Assembly (NCBI GenBank): GCA_963817045.1
Contig: CAWFMZ010000038.1
Coordinates: 45,797 to 109,796 of the forward strand
Length of the DNA: 64,000 nucleotides
Origin: an uncultured Alphaproteobacteria bacterium
Lineage (GTDB): Bacteria > Pseudomonadota > Alphaproteobacteria > Rhizobiales > Xanthobacteraceae
Reading direction: 5' to 3'
The notes under the pieces are model-generated. The model was not told the DNA's origin. It searched no databases and saw only the letters and a program-made list of their open reading frames with translations. Every line of letters begins with the position of its first letter. Position 1 is the first letter of the stretch. This document shows, one piece after another, positions 20,287-29,048 of this stretch. A program made the translations under genes and the position numbers.

Positions 20287-21141
20287 GTGAACAAATTTCC
20301 AACGATCAAGGCTGATTTCCTTGAGGCCGGGTCCGGTCCACTGGTTATGCTCGTGCATTCGAGCGTGTCGGGCGCTCAGCAATGGCGCCGTCTGATCGAA
20401 GATTTGAAAACGGACTTCCATGTCCGTGCGGTGAATTTGTTTGGATACGGCAAGACTCCGCCTTGGCCAAATGGGACACCACAGTCCCTCGATGATCAGG
20501 CGCGCCTCGTGGAGACTGCGCTGCCGGCGAACGCCGAGAGTATCTGCCTTGTCGGGCACTCCTTCGGCGGGGCGGTCGCGATGAAGTTGGCGGAGCGGCT
20601 GTCGGGCCGGGTCACCAAGCTGGTGCTGCTCGAAACAAACCCATTTTTTCTCCTCAAGCAATCTGGCCGGATGAATGCGTTCGCCGAGGCGATGGAATTG
20701 CGAAATTGCGTCAAGAAGTTTGGAGCGCTTGGCGAATGGGCAACAGCGGCTGAGCGGTTCGCCGATTATTGGGGCGGCGCAGGATCCTGGCGGGACATGT
20801 CACCAAAGCGGCGCAATGCCTTTGCGGAAGCGATGAAGCCAAATTATTTCGAGTGGGACGCGGTGATGAATGAAAAGACCCCCGTGGCGCAATGGGCAGG
20901 ACTGCTCCCCCGCGACACGCTTGTGGTCAGCGATCCCAACACCGTTCTTCCCGTCCGCGAAATCACTGCGATTCTGCGCCGATCATGCCCGATGTGGACT
21001 TATAAGGAGATCGCAGGCGGACACATGGCGCCGCTGACGCGCCCAGATCTGATCAACCCGCTGGTGAGGTCGTTTCTGCAATTGTCGCTTGGCGACGATA
21101 GCGCCAGCGCATGCATCAGGATGGCGGCTTCCGGCGCTTAG
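20287..21141 (+). CDS. alpha/beta hydrolase
   Basis: 284 aa with nucleophile elbow GHSFGG. GTG start as called in the ORF track. Confidence 0.8.
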   Translation: MNKFPTIKADFLEAGSGPLVMLVHSSVSGAQQWRRLIEDLKTDFHVRAVNLFGYGKTPPWPNGTPQSLDDQARLVETALPANAESICLVGHSFGGAVAMKLAERLSGRVTKLVLLETNPFFLLKQSGRMNAFAEAMELRNCVKKFGALGEWATAAERFADYWGGAGSWRDMSPKRRNAFAEAMKPNYFEWDAVMNEKTPVAQWAGLLPRDTLVVSDPNTVLPVREITAILRRSCPMWTYKEIAGGHMAPLTRPDLINPLVRSFLQLSLGDDSASACIRMAASGA

Positions 21142-21299
21142 CGGAGGTTTCGCCAGCGCCCTGGGCGCCTGGTATCTCGGCGTGGCGGGTACGAACGCGT
21201 CGAACGCCGCCCAGAACTGGCCGCGATCGTGATCCTGCTCCTGCCGGATCTGATGCTTGCTGCCGGCCGGAATGAGATGATGGTGGCCGGCGAGCAGCC

Positions 21300-23144
21300 T
21301 TACCCGCGTAGCGCCCGCAGCGCGTTGAAGATGACCGCCACGTCGATCACCTCCTGCAGCAGCGCGCCCTCGACCGGCACGATGTAGCCGAGCGCCGCCG
21401 CGATCATGGCGAGGATTGAGAGCCCCATGCCGGCGATGACGCTTTGCAAGGCGATGAAGCGCGAGCGCCGCGCGATTCGAATGGCAGGCAGCACGCGGTC
21501 GAGCTGATCGACCAGCAGCACCACATCGGCCGCCTCGGCCGAGGCCGCCGCCCCCTTGGCGCCCATCGCCAGCCCGATATCGGCCGCCGCCAGGGCCGGC
21601 GCGTCGTTGATGCCGTCCCCGATCATCATCACCGGGCCGTTCTTGCGCTCCGACAGCACCACCAGGATCTTCTGGTCGGGCGTGAGCTCCGAGCGCACCA
21701 GGTCGATCGACAGGCCGGTGGTGATGAAGCGCGCGACCTCGTGGCGGTCGCCGGTCGCCAGCACGATGCGGTCGATGCCGAGCGCGCGCAGCTCGCGCAG
21801 CAGCACCTCGGTGCCGGCGCGCAGTTCGTCGGCGAGGATCAGGATGCCGGCGAGCTTGCCGTCGACCGCCACGGCGGCGGCGAGCGCGCCGGGTGGCCGG
21901 TCCTGCGCCAACAGCGGCGAAAGACCGCGATCGGCGATCTTGCTCGCGATGAAATGCAGGCCGCCGACCATGACCGGGCGGCCGTCGACCCGCCCGCTGA
22001 TTCCCTCGCCGGGCATTTCCACCACGTCGGTCGGGATCGCCAGCGCCAGACCCTTGCCGCGCGCCTCGGCGACAATGGTCTGCGCGATGATGTGCTTGGA
22101 GGCCTGGTCGAGCGAGGCGGCGATCCGCAGCAGTTCGTCAGGGCGTAATGGTATCGGTCACCCGGGTGGCAGACGAGCTTGGCCTGGCCGTGGGTCAGCG
22201 TTCCGGTCTTGTCGATGACCAGCGAGCGCACCCGCGCCAGCGTCTCGATCGCCTTGCCGCCCTTGATCAGGATGCCGAGCTTGGCCGCGCGCGAGAGGCC
22301 AGCGACGATGGCCACCGGCACCGCCAGGATGAGCGGACAGGGCGTCGCCACCACCAGCACGGCCACTGCCCGGATCGGGTCACCGGTAAGCGCCCAGGCA
22401 GCAGCAGCCAGCGCCGCGGTCACCGCCAGGAATATGATCGCGTAGCGGTCCGCCAGCCGCGACATGGGGGCGCGCGAGCGCTGCGCCGCCTCCACCAGGC
22501 GGATGACGCCGGCATAGGTGCTTTCCGCCGCCAGCCGCGACGCCACCAGATCGAAGGCGTCGCCGACATTGGTCGAGCCGCTCAAGACCGAATCGCCGCT
22601 GCGGTGCTGCGCCGGCAGCGATTCGCCGGTCAGCGCCGACTGGTCGAGCACCGCCACCCCGTCGGCGACCGATGCCGTCCACCGGCACCACGTCGCCCCG
22701 CCGGACCAGCAGCCGGTCGCCGGGCAGGATGAGATCGAGCGCAACCTCCTCCAACTGACCGTCGCGGTGCCGCATGGCGGTGCGCGGCACCCGCGACAGC
22801 AGCGCGGTCATCTCGCGCCGGGCCGCCCGCTCGGCGAAGGCCTCCAGGTACTGGCCGCCGGCATACATCAGCGCGACGATGGCCGCGGCGAGGTTCTCCC
22901 CGACGGCCAGCGCCGCCGTCATCGACAGCGCGGCGACGATGTCGAGCCCGAGATCGCCGCGGCGCAGGCTGGTGACGATCTCCGCCAGCAGGGCCAGCAG
23001 CACCGGCAGGGTGACGGCGGCCCAGATCGCCGGCGACCAGGCGTCGAGCCCGGCGAGCTTGGCAGCGAAGCCGGCGGCAAGGCCGAGCGCCACCAGGACG
23101 GCGAGGAACGGACGGATATTTTTGAGCGCGCTGGCGATCGACAT
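21300..23144 (-). pseudogene. heavy-metal P1B-type ATPase with TPCP transmembrane motif (P1B-5-like), at least two frame disruptions
   Basis: The three thirds of the protein lie in three frames (ORFs 22380..23144, 21839..22744, 21300..22025). TGES, ATPCPL, DKTGTLT and GDGINDAP are present. There is no N-terminal HMA domain. Shifts are near 22690 and 22150-22175. Confidence 0.85.
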
Positions 23145-23267
23145 GGCTGAAACCGTCGCCGCTTCGGCCGGCCGCCGCCATGACCAAAATCAATTCCGCC
23201 AGCGCCGCTATGGACTTGATCTGGCAGGCGGATTCGTGGACATTGCCGACTTCAAGAGGAGACCCGC

Positions 23268-23510
23268 ATGGCCGCCAACCGCCGCATCGTCTGGCTCAAC
23301 GTCATCACCGTCATCAGCGCCGCCATCCTGATCGGCGCCGAGGTGTTCGGCGCGGCCTTCGCCGGCTCCTGGGCGCTCGCCACGCTGTTCGACCTCGGCG
23401 GCATCGGGCAGCGCATCCTCGACGGCGTCTTCGTGCTCTGCGGCATCGCCATCATGGCGCAGTTCATCCGCAACGCGCACCGCATCGAGCCGTTCACCGC
23501 GCGTCAGTAA
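23268..23510 (+). CDS. hypothetical small membrane protein (2 TM)
   Basis: 80 aa with very strong GC3 bias and AAGAGGAG upstream of the ATG. Divergent from the ATPase. Confidence 0.6.
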   Translation: MAANRRIVWLNVITVISAAILIGAEVFGAAFAGSWALATLFDLGGIGQRILDGVFVLCGIAIMAQFIRNAHRIEPFTARQ

Positions 23511-23616
23511 GCTCAGCGCGGCGGCCGTCGAAGCAAACCGTTAAGAAAGTTTTTGCGTGCGGGGAACTAATTCTCTTGCATCGCGCGAAAAATTTGTTAT
23601 TTCAATGGTGCCCAAA

Positions 23617-23895
23617 TTCGCACGTGCCTGTGGCCGTGTGTCGGTCGGTAGGTAGCCGGACAAGAGGCCGGCCAGCCGCCTGGAGAGAAAGTCCAAAGCT
23701 CTCCAAGAAATCTGACCGGCAGCCGGAGGCGAAACCGGCAAACTCTGCTCTCAGCAGGGGACGCGGCTTAAAGCAACGACGATCGGGCTTCCTTGGTCTC
23801 TGCCGGTCTCCACCACCGGCCCGGGTCACCGAAGAGGCTTGTTCATCTTTGCCGGCCGTGCGGACGGGGGTCTCCCCTTTCCAATCCAAGGCAGT
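23617..23895 (+). promoter_or_regulatory. speF-type structured 5' leader RNA upstream of decarboxylase 1
   Basis: ~280 nt, highly similar to 27451..27718, which sits in the same position before the paralogous decarboxylase. Location matches the alphaproteobacterial speF motif (from memory). Possible promoter TTGCAT-16-TATTTC at 23576..23603. Confidence 0.6.
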
Positions 23896-24007
23896 ATGAG
23901 CGGTTCAAGAGCGGAAGCGCTTGCGCGTCCCCATCGCGCGCGGCGGCATGCTCGGAAAACCGCGACATCAGGGGCCTAAACCGCCCCCTTGAGTTGGGGA
24001 GAGCGCC

Positions 24008-25138
24008 ATGACTGAGCGCATCCGCGAGTTTCTACGTAAACGAAACGAGGACGGGCCTTGCCTCGTCGTCGACCTCGACATCGTCCGCGACAACTACAAT
24101 GCCTTCGCCAAGGCGTTGCCTGACACGCGCGTGTTCTACGCCGTGAAGGCCAATCCGGCGCCGGAGGTGTTGACGCTATTGGCCAAGCTCGGCTCCTGCT
24201 TCGACACCGCCTCGATCGCCGAGATCGAGCTGGTGCTGGCGGCGGGCGCCACGCCCGACCGCGTTTCCTATGGCAACACGATCAAGAAGGAGCGCGACAT
24301 CGCGCGCGCCTTCGCGCTCGGCGTCCGCCTCTACGCGGTCGACTGCAAGGCCGAGGTGGAGAAGGTCGCCCGCGCGGCGCCCGGCTCCCGGGTGTTCTGC
24401 CGCATCCTGTCCGACTGCGTCGGGGCGGAATGGCCGCTGTCGCGCAAGTTTGGCTGCGAGCCCGGTATGGCGGTGGACGTGCTGGAGCACGCCCTGCGTC
24501 AGGGCCTCGAGCCGCATGGGGTATCGTTCCATGTCGGTTCGCAGCAGCGCAACCAGCATGCCTGGGACCGTGCCCTCGCCTCGGCGGCGGCCGTGTTCAA
24601 GGAGTGCGGCGAGCGCGGCATCAACCTCGCCATGGTTAACCTCGGCGGCGGCTTCCCGACCAAGTACCTGAAGAACGTGCCGTCGGTGAAAACCTACGGC
24701 ACGGCGATCTTCAAGGCGCTGCGCAAGCACTTCGGCAACCGCATCCCGGAGACCATCATCGAGCCGGGCCGCGGCATGGTCGGCAATGCCGGCGCCATCG
24801 AGGCCGAGGTCGTCCTCGTCTCCAAGAAGAGCGAGGAGGACGACGTGCGCTGGGTCTATCTCGACATCGGCAAGTTCGGCGGCCTGGCCGAGACCATGGA
24901 CGAGTCGATCCGCTACCCGATCCGCACGACGCGGGACGGCGACGCCATGAGCCCTTGCGTGCTGGCAGGCCCGACCTGCGACTCGGCCGACGTGCTGTAC
25001 GAGAAGCAGCCGTACCCGCTCCCGGTGAGCCTCGAGATCGGCGACAAGGTGCTGATCGAGGGCACTGGTGCCTATACGGCGACCTACTCGTCGGTGGCCT
25101 TCAACGGCTTCTCGCCGCTGAAGACCTACCACATCTGA
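24008..25138 (+). CDS. type III PLP-dependent ornithine/lysine decarboxylase (paralogue 1)
   Basis: 376 aa with YAVKANP PLP-lysine motif and GGGFP motif. Eukaryotic-type ODC fold. Confidence 0.9.
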   Translation: MTERIREFLRKRNEDGPCLVVDLDIVRDNYNAFAKALPDTRVFYAVKANPAPEVLTLLAKLGSCFDTASIAEIELVLAAGATPDRVSYGNTIKKERDIARAFALGVRLYAVDCKAEVEKVARAAPGSRVFCRILSDCVGAEWPLSRKFGCEPGMAVDVLEHALRQGLEPHGVSFHVGSQQRNQHAWDRALASAAAVFKECGERGINLAMVNLGGGFPTKYLKNVPSVKTYGTAIFKALRKHFGNRIPETIIEPGRGMVGNAGAIEAEVVLVSKKSEEDDVRWVYLDIGKFGGLAETMDESIRYPIRTTRDGDAMSPCVLAGPTCDSADVLYEKQPYPLPVSLEIGDKVLIEGTGAYTATYSSVAFNGFSPLKTYHI

Positions 25139-25239
25139 CACACGCCGGAGGCGGGCAGCGCCGCCTCCGCTTTCCCTTCATGCGACTGGATGAGCTCGGG
25201 TGAGCGCGCTTGCGCGCGCCGGGCGGGGAATGACCTGAC

Positions 25240-25763
25240 ATGATCACCATTCGTGGCGAACGACCTTCCGATACCGCGGCGCGCGAGGCGCTGCTCGACC
25301 AGGCCTTCGGCGACACGCGGGCGCGCAAGACCTCCGAGCGGCTGCGCGCGGGCCGTCTGCCGGCCGAAGGCCTCGCCTTTGTCGCCGCCGACGGCAAGCG
25401 CGTGATCGGCACCGCCCGGCTCTGGAACGTCGCGTGCGGCAGCGGCCAGCCGGCCTTGCTGCTGGGCCCGGTGGCGGTCGCGGCCGACTGCCGCAGCCGC
25501 GGCATCGGCGCCGCCCTGGTGCGCCATGCGCTGCGCGTAGCGCGCCGGCTCGGCCATGGCGCGGTCATTCTGGTCGGCGATGCGCCCTACTACAGCCGCT
25601 TCGGCTTCGCGGCCGAGAAGGCCGCAAGCCTGAAGCTGCCCGGTCCGTTCGAGCGCCATCGTCTGCTCGCGCTCGAACTCACCCCGGCGCGCTCGACGGC
25701 GCCAGCGGGCTGGTGCGTGCCACCGGCCGCCTGGCGCAAAAGCCGCAGGCGCGCGCGGCCTAG
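25240..25763 (+). pseudogene. GNAT family N-acetyltransferase, apparent frameshift near 25688
   Basis: GNAT core (RSRGIGAALVRHAL). After LELTP the homologous frame is that of ORF 25434..25763 (GALDGASGLVRATG...ARAA stop). As given, the frame instead runs on into hss. Confidence 0.75.
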
Positions 25764-25869
25764 CAAAACCGGCAGAATATCGTGGACGCCGCGCCGGAAT
25801 CGCCGGCGCCGCCCTTCCGTTTGCGCGCCGCGGCGGATATCACCCAAAGTTTGCTGGAGGCTTGGAAAA

Positions 25870-27300
25870 ATGACCGCTTGGCCAGTGCATGCCCGCATCG
25901 ACGGCCCCATCGTGATGATCGGCTTCGGCTCGATCGGCAAAGGCACCCTGCCGCTGATCGAGCGCCATTTCAGTTACGACAAGGCCCGCTTCGTGGTCAT
26001 CGACCCCGAGGACAAGGACCGCAAGATGCTGGACGAGCGCAGCATCCGCTTCATCCATGAGGCGGTCACCAGGGACAATTACCGGCACCTGCTGACGCCG
26101 CTGCTCACCGCCGGCGGCGGCCAGGGCTTTTGCGTCAACGTTTCGGTCGATACGTCTTCACTGGAGCTTATGGAGTTCTGCCGCGAGATCGGTGCGCTCT
26201 ACATCGACACGGTGGTCGAGCCCTGGCCGGGCTTCTACTTTGATTCCAAGCTCGGGCCGGAGGCGCGTTCGAACTATGCGCTGCGCGAATCGGTGCTCGC
26301 CGCGCGCCGCCGCAAGCCGGGCGGTACCACCGCGGTGTCCTGCTGCGGCGCCAATCCGGGCATGGTGTCCTGGTTCGTCAAGCAGGCACTGCTCAACGTC
26401 GCCGGCGACATCGGCCTCAAATTCAAGGAGCCGAAGACGCGCGAGGAATGGGGCCGACTCGCCAAAAAGGCCGGCATCAAAGGCATCCATATCGCCGAGC
26501 GGGACACCCAGCGCGCCAAGCAGCCCAAGCCGCTCGATACTTTCGTCAACACCTGGTCGGTGGAGGGCTTCCTGTCCGAGGGCATGCAGCCGGCCGAACT
26601 CGGCTGGGGCACGCATGAGAAGTGGATGCCCAAGAACGGCTACAAGCACAAAAAAGGCTGCCAAGCCGCGATCTACCTGACGCAGCCCGGCGCCAACACC
26701 CGGGTGCGGTCATGGACACCGACCGCCAAGGCGCAATTCGGCTTCCTGGTCACCCACAACGAATCGATCTCGATTGCCGACTACTTCACGCTGCGCAACG
26801 GCCGCAAAGTCATCTACCGGCCGACCTGCCATTACGCCTATCACCCCTGCAACGACGCGGTGCTATCGCTGCACGAGATTTTCGGCTGGGCGGGAAAGCG
26901 CCAAAGCCACATCCACATCCTCGACGAGCACGAGATCGCCGACGGCATTGACGAACTCGGCGTGCTGCTCTACGGCCACAAGAAGAACGCCTATTGGTAC
27001 GGCTCGCAGCTCTCGATCGACGAGACCCGTGACGTGGCGCCCTATCAGAACGCCACCGGCCTGCAGGTAACCTCCGCGGTGCTCGCCGGCATGGTGTGGG
27101 CCTTGGAGAACCCGAAAGCCGGCATCGTCGAGGCCGACGAAATGGATTTCCGCCGCTGCCTCGAGGTGCAGACGCCCTATCTCGGCCCGGTGATCGGCGC
27201 CTACACCGACTGGACGCCGCTCACCGACCGGCCCGGCCTGTTCCCGGAAGACATCGACAAGCGCGATCCCTGGCAGTTCAGGAACGTACTTGTGCGCTGA
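25870..27300 (+). CDS. hss: homospermidine synthase
   Basis: 476 aa from ATG 25870 (MTAWPVHARIDGPIVMIGFGSIGKGTLPLIERHF...DPWQFRNVLVR). Near full-length resemblance to the Blastochloris viridis enzyme as I remember it. Confidence 0.95.
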   Translation: MTAWPVHARIDGPIVMIGFGSIGKGTLPLIERHFSYDKARFVVIDPEDKDRKMLDERSIRFIHEAVTRDNYRHLLTPLLTAGGGQGFCVNVSVDTSSLELMEFCREIGALYIDTVVEPWPGFYFDSKLGPEARSNYALRESVLAARRRKPGGTTAVSCCGANPGMVSWFVKQALLNVAGDIGLKFKEPKTREEWGRLAKKAGIKGIHIAERDTQRAKQPKPLDTFVNTWSVEGFLSEGMQPAELGWGTHEKWMPKNGYKHKKGCQAAIYLTQPGANTRVRSWTPTAKAQFGFLVTHNESISIADYFTLRNGRKVIYRPTCHYAYHPCNDAVLSLHEIFGWAGKRQSHIHILDEHEIADGIDELGVLLYGHKKNAYWYGSQLSIDETRDVAPYQNATGLQVTSAVLAGMVWALENPKAGIVEADEMDFRRCLEVQTPYLGPVIGAYTDWTPLTDRPGLFPEDIDKRDPWQFRNVLVR

Positions 27301-27450
27301 GTCGCCGGGCGCGCCGTCAGCCGCGCACGCGACCCACAAAAACCAAAAAGTTAACGCGCTCGCATTCACCACGCAGTGGATGCGTTCACTCGCGCGCGAG
27401 ATAAATTGTTGACTCTCAGCACAGTTGGATTATTCCGGTCGTTGCCCTTT

Positions 27451-27718
27451 TTCGCACGTGCCTGTGGCCGTGTGTCGATCGGTGGGCATCCGGACAAGAG
27501 GCCGGACAGCCGCCTAAGGAAGTGCGCTCACTTCCTTGCTCATGCGATCGGTAGCCGGAGGCGAAACCGGCGATCCCCGCGCTCAACGGGGTACGCGGCT
27601 TAAAGCAACGACGGATCGGGCTTTTTTGGTAACCGGCGCGAATGCCGGATGTCCGAAGAGGCTTGTCCATCTTGCCAGGCGCGGAGCGGGGTGCATCCCC
27701 AATCCAGACCATGGCAGC
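27451..27718 (+). promoter_or_regulatory. speF-type structured 5' leader RNA upstream of decarboxylase 2
   Basis: Second copy of the conserved leader, sharing blocks TTCGCACGTGCCTGTGGCCGTGTGTCG, CCGGACAAGAGGCCGG, AGCCGGAGGCGAAACCGGC, ACGCGGCTTAAAGCAACGACG and CCGAAGAGGCTTGT. Possible promoter TTGACT-16-TATTCC at 27409..27436. Confidence 0.6.
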
Positions 27719-27812
27719 AGACGGCTGCAATCAGCCGGGTCGCAGCGGCGTATCTCGCTGGCCCGCAAATCTTGCAGCCATTGGCGCTTTGACCTGAGGG
27801 GACAAATGAGCA

Positions 27813-28947
27813 ATGACCGACCGCATCCGCGAGTTCCTTAAGAACCGCAAAGAGGAAGGGCCCTGCCTGGTGCTCGACCTCGACGTCGTCCGCGACAATT
27901 ACGGCGTCTTCGCCAGGACCCTGCCCGACACCAAGGTCTACTACGCCGTCAAGGCCAATCCGCATCCTGAGATTTTGAGCCTGCTGAACCGTCTCGGCTC
28001 GTCATTCGACGTGGCCTCGGTGCCGGAAACGTTAGCCGTGCTCGCAACCGGCTGCACGCCGGACCGCATTTCCTACGGCAACACGATCAAGAAAGAGAGC
28101 GAGATTGCGGCCGCCTGCAAGCTCGGCGTCACCCTGTTTGCCGTGGACTGCGAGGCGGAAGTGGACAAGGTCGCGCGCGCCGCCCCCGGTGCCCGCGTGA
28201 TCTGCCGCATCCATTGTGACGGCACCGGCGCGGAATGGCCGCTGTCGCGCAAGTTCGGCTGCGAACCGGAATTCGCCGCCGATATCCTGGAGCGCGCCCA
28301 TAAGCAGGGCCTCACCGCCTATGGCCTCTCGTTCCATGTCGGCTCGCAGCAGCACAACGTGGAAGCCTGGGACCGCGCGCTGGCCTCGACCGCGGCGGTG
28401 TTCCGCACCTGCGCCGAGCGCGGCATTGCGCTCTCCACCGTCAATCTCGGCGGCGGCTTCCCGGCCAAATATGTGCGCAAGACGCCGAAGCTGGAATCCT
28501 ACGGCAAGGCGATCTTCCGTTCGCTGCGCCGCCATTTCGGCAACCGCATCCCGGAAACCATCATCGAGCCCGGCCGCGGCATGGTCGGCAATGCCGGCGT
28601 GATCGAGGCCGAGGTGGTGCTGATCGCCAGGCGCAGCCCCGAGGACGAAACCCGCTGGGTCTATCTCGACATCGGCAAGTTTCACGGGCTGGCGGAGACG
28701 ATCGGCGAATCGATCCGCTATCCGATCCGCACCCGCAGGGACCGCGACGAAAGTGGGCCATGCATCGTGGCCGGCCCCACCTGCAATTCGGTGGACGTGC
28801 TGTACGAGAAGACGCCCTACCCGCTGCCGGTTACGCTCGCCATCGGCGACAAGGTGCTGATCGAGGCGACCGGCGCCTATACCTCGACCTATTCCTCGGT
28901 CGGCTTCAACGGTTACCCGCCGCTGAAATCCTATGTGATCGCGCTGA
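27813..28947 (+). CDS. type III PLP-dependent ornithine/lysine decarboxylase (paralogue 2); the ORF as given reads on to 29243
   Basis: Collinear with paralogue 1 for 376 aa up to ...PLKSYVI at 28940. No stop follows in frame. A 1-nt correction would give a stop at 28945-28947. The as-given ORF 27813..29243 crosses a terminator and runs antisense into the next gene. Confidence 0.85.
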
Positions 28948-28996
28948 CCGAGTTCTGCGCTCGCCGCCTAGCCGGCCGCGTCGGTCAGCGAACATG

Positions 28997-29033
28997 CAAC
29001 GGGCGGCCCGCGGGCCGCCCGTTTCATTTGTTT
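28997..29033. terminator. bidirectional rho-independent terminator-like hairpin
   Basis: AACGGGCGGCC-CGCG-GGCCGCCCGTT followed by TCATTTGTTT, between convergent genes. Confidence 0.6.
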
Positions 29034-29048
29034 GCCGATTACCGCCCG

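Noticed and set aside
21165-21299. Possible remnant of a C-terminal hemerythrin domain just downstream of the ATPase stop (frame reading LLAGHHHLIPAGSKHQIRQEQDHDRGQFWAAFDAFV with good GC3 bias).
   Set aside because: It spans only about 45 codons, has no start, and its His/Glu spacing does not convincingly match the H-HxxxE-HxxxH-HxxxxD pattern. I cannot support it without a profile search.
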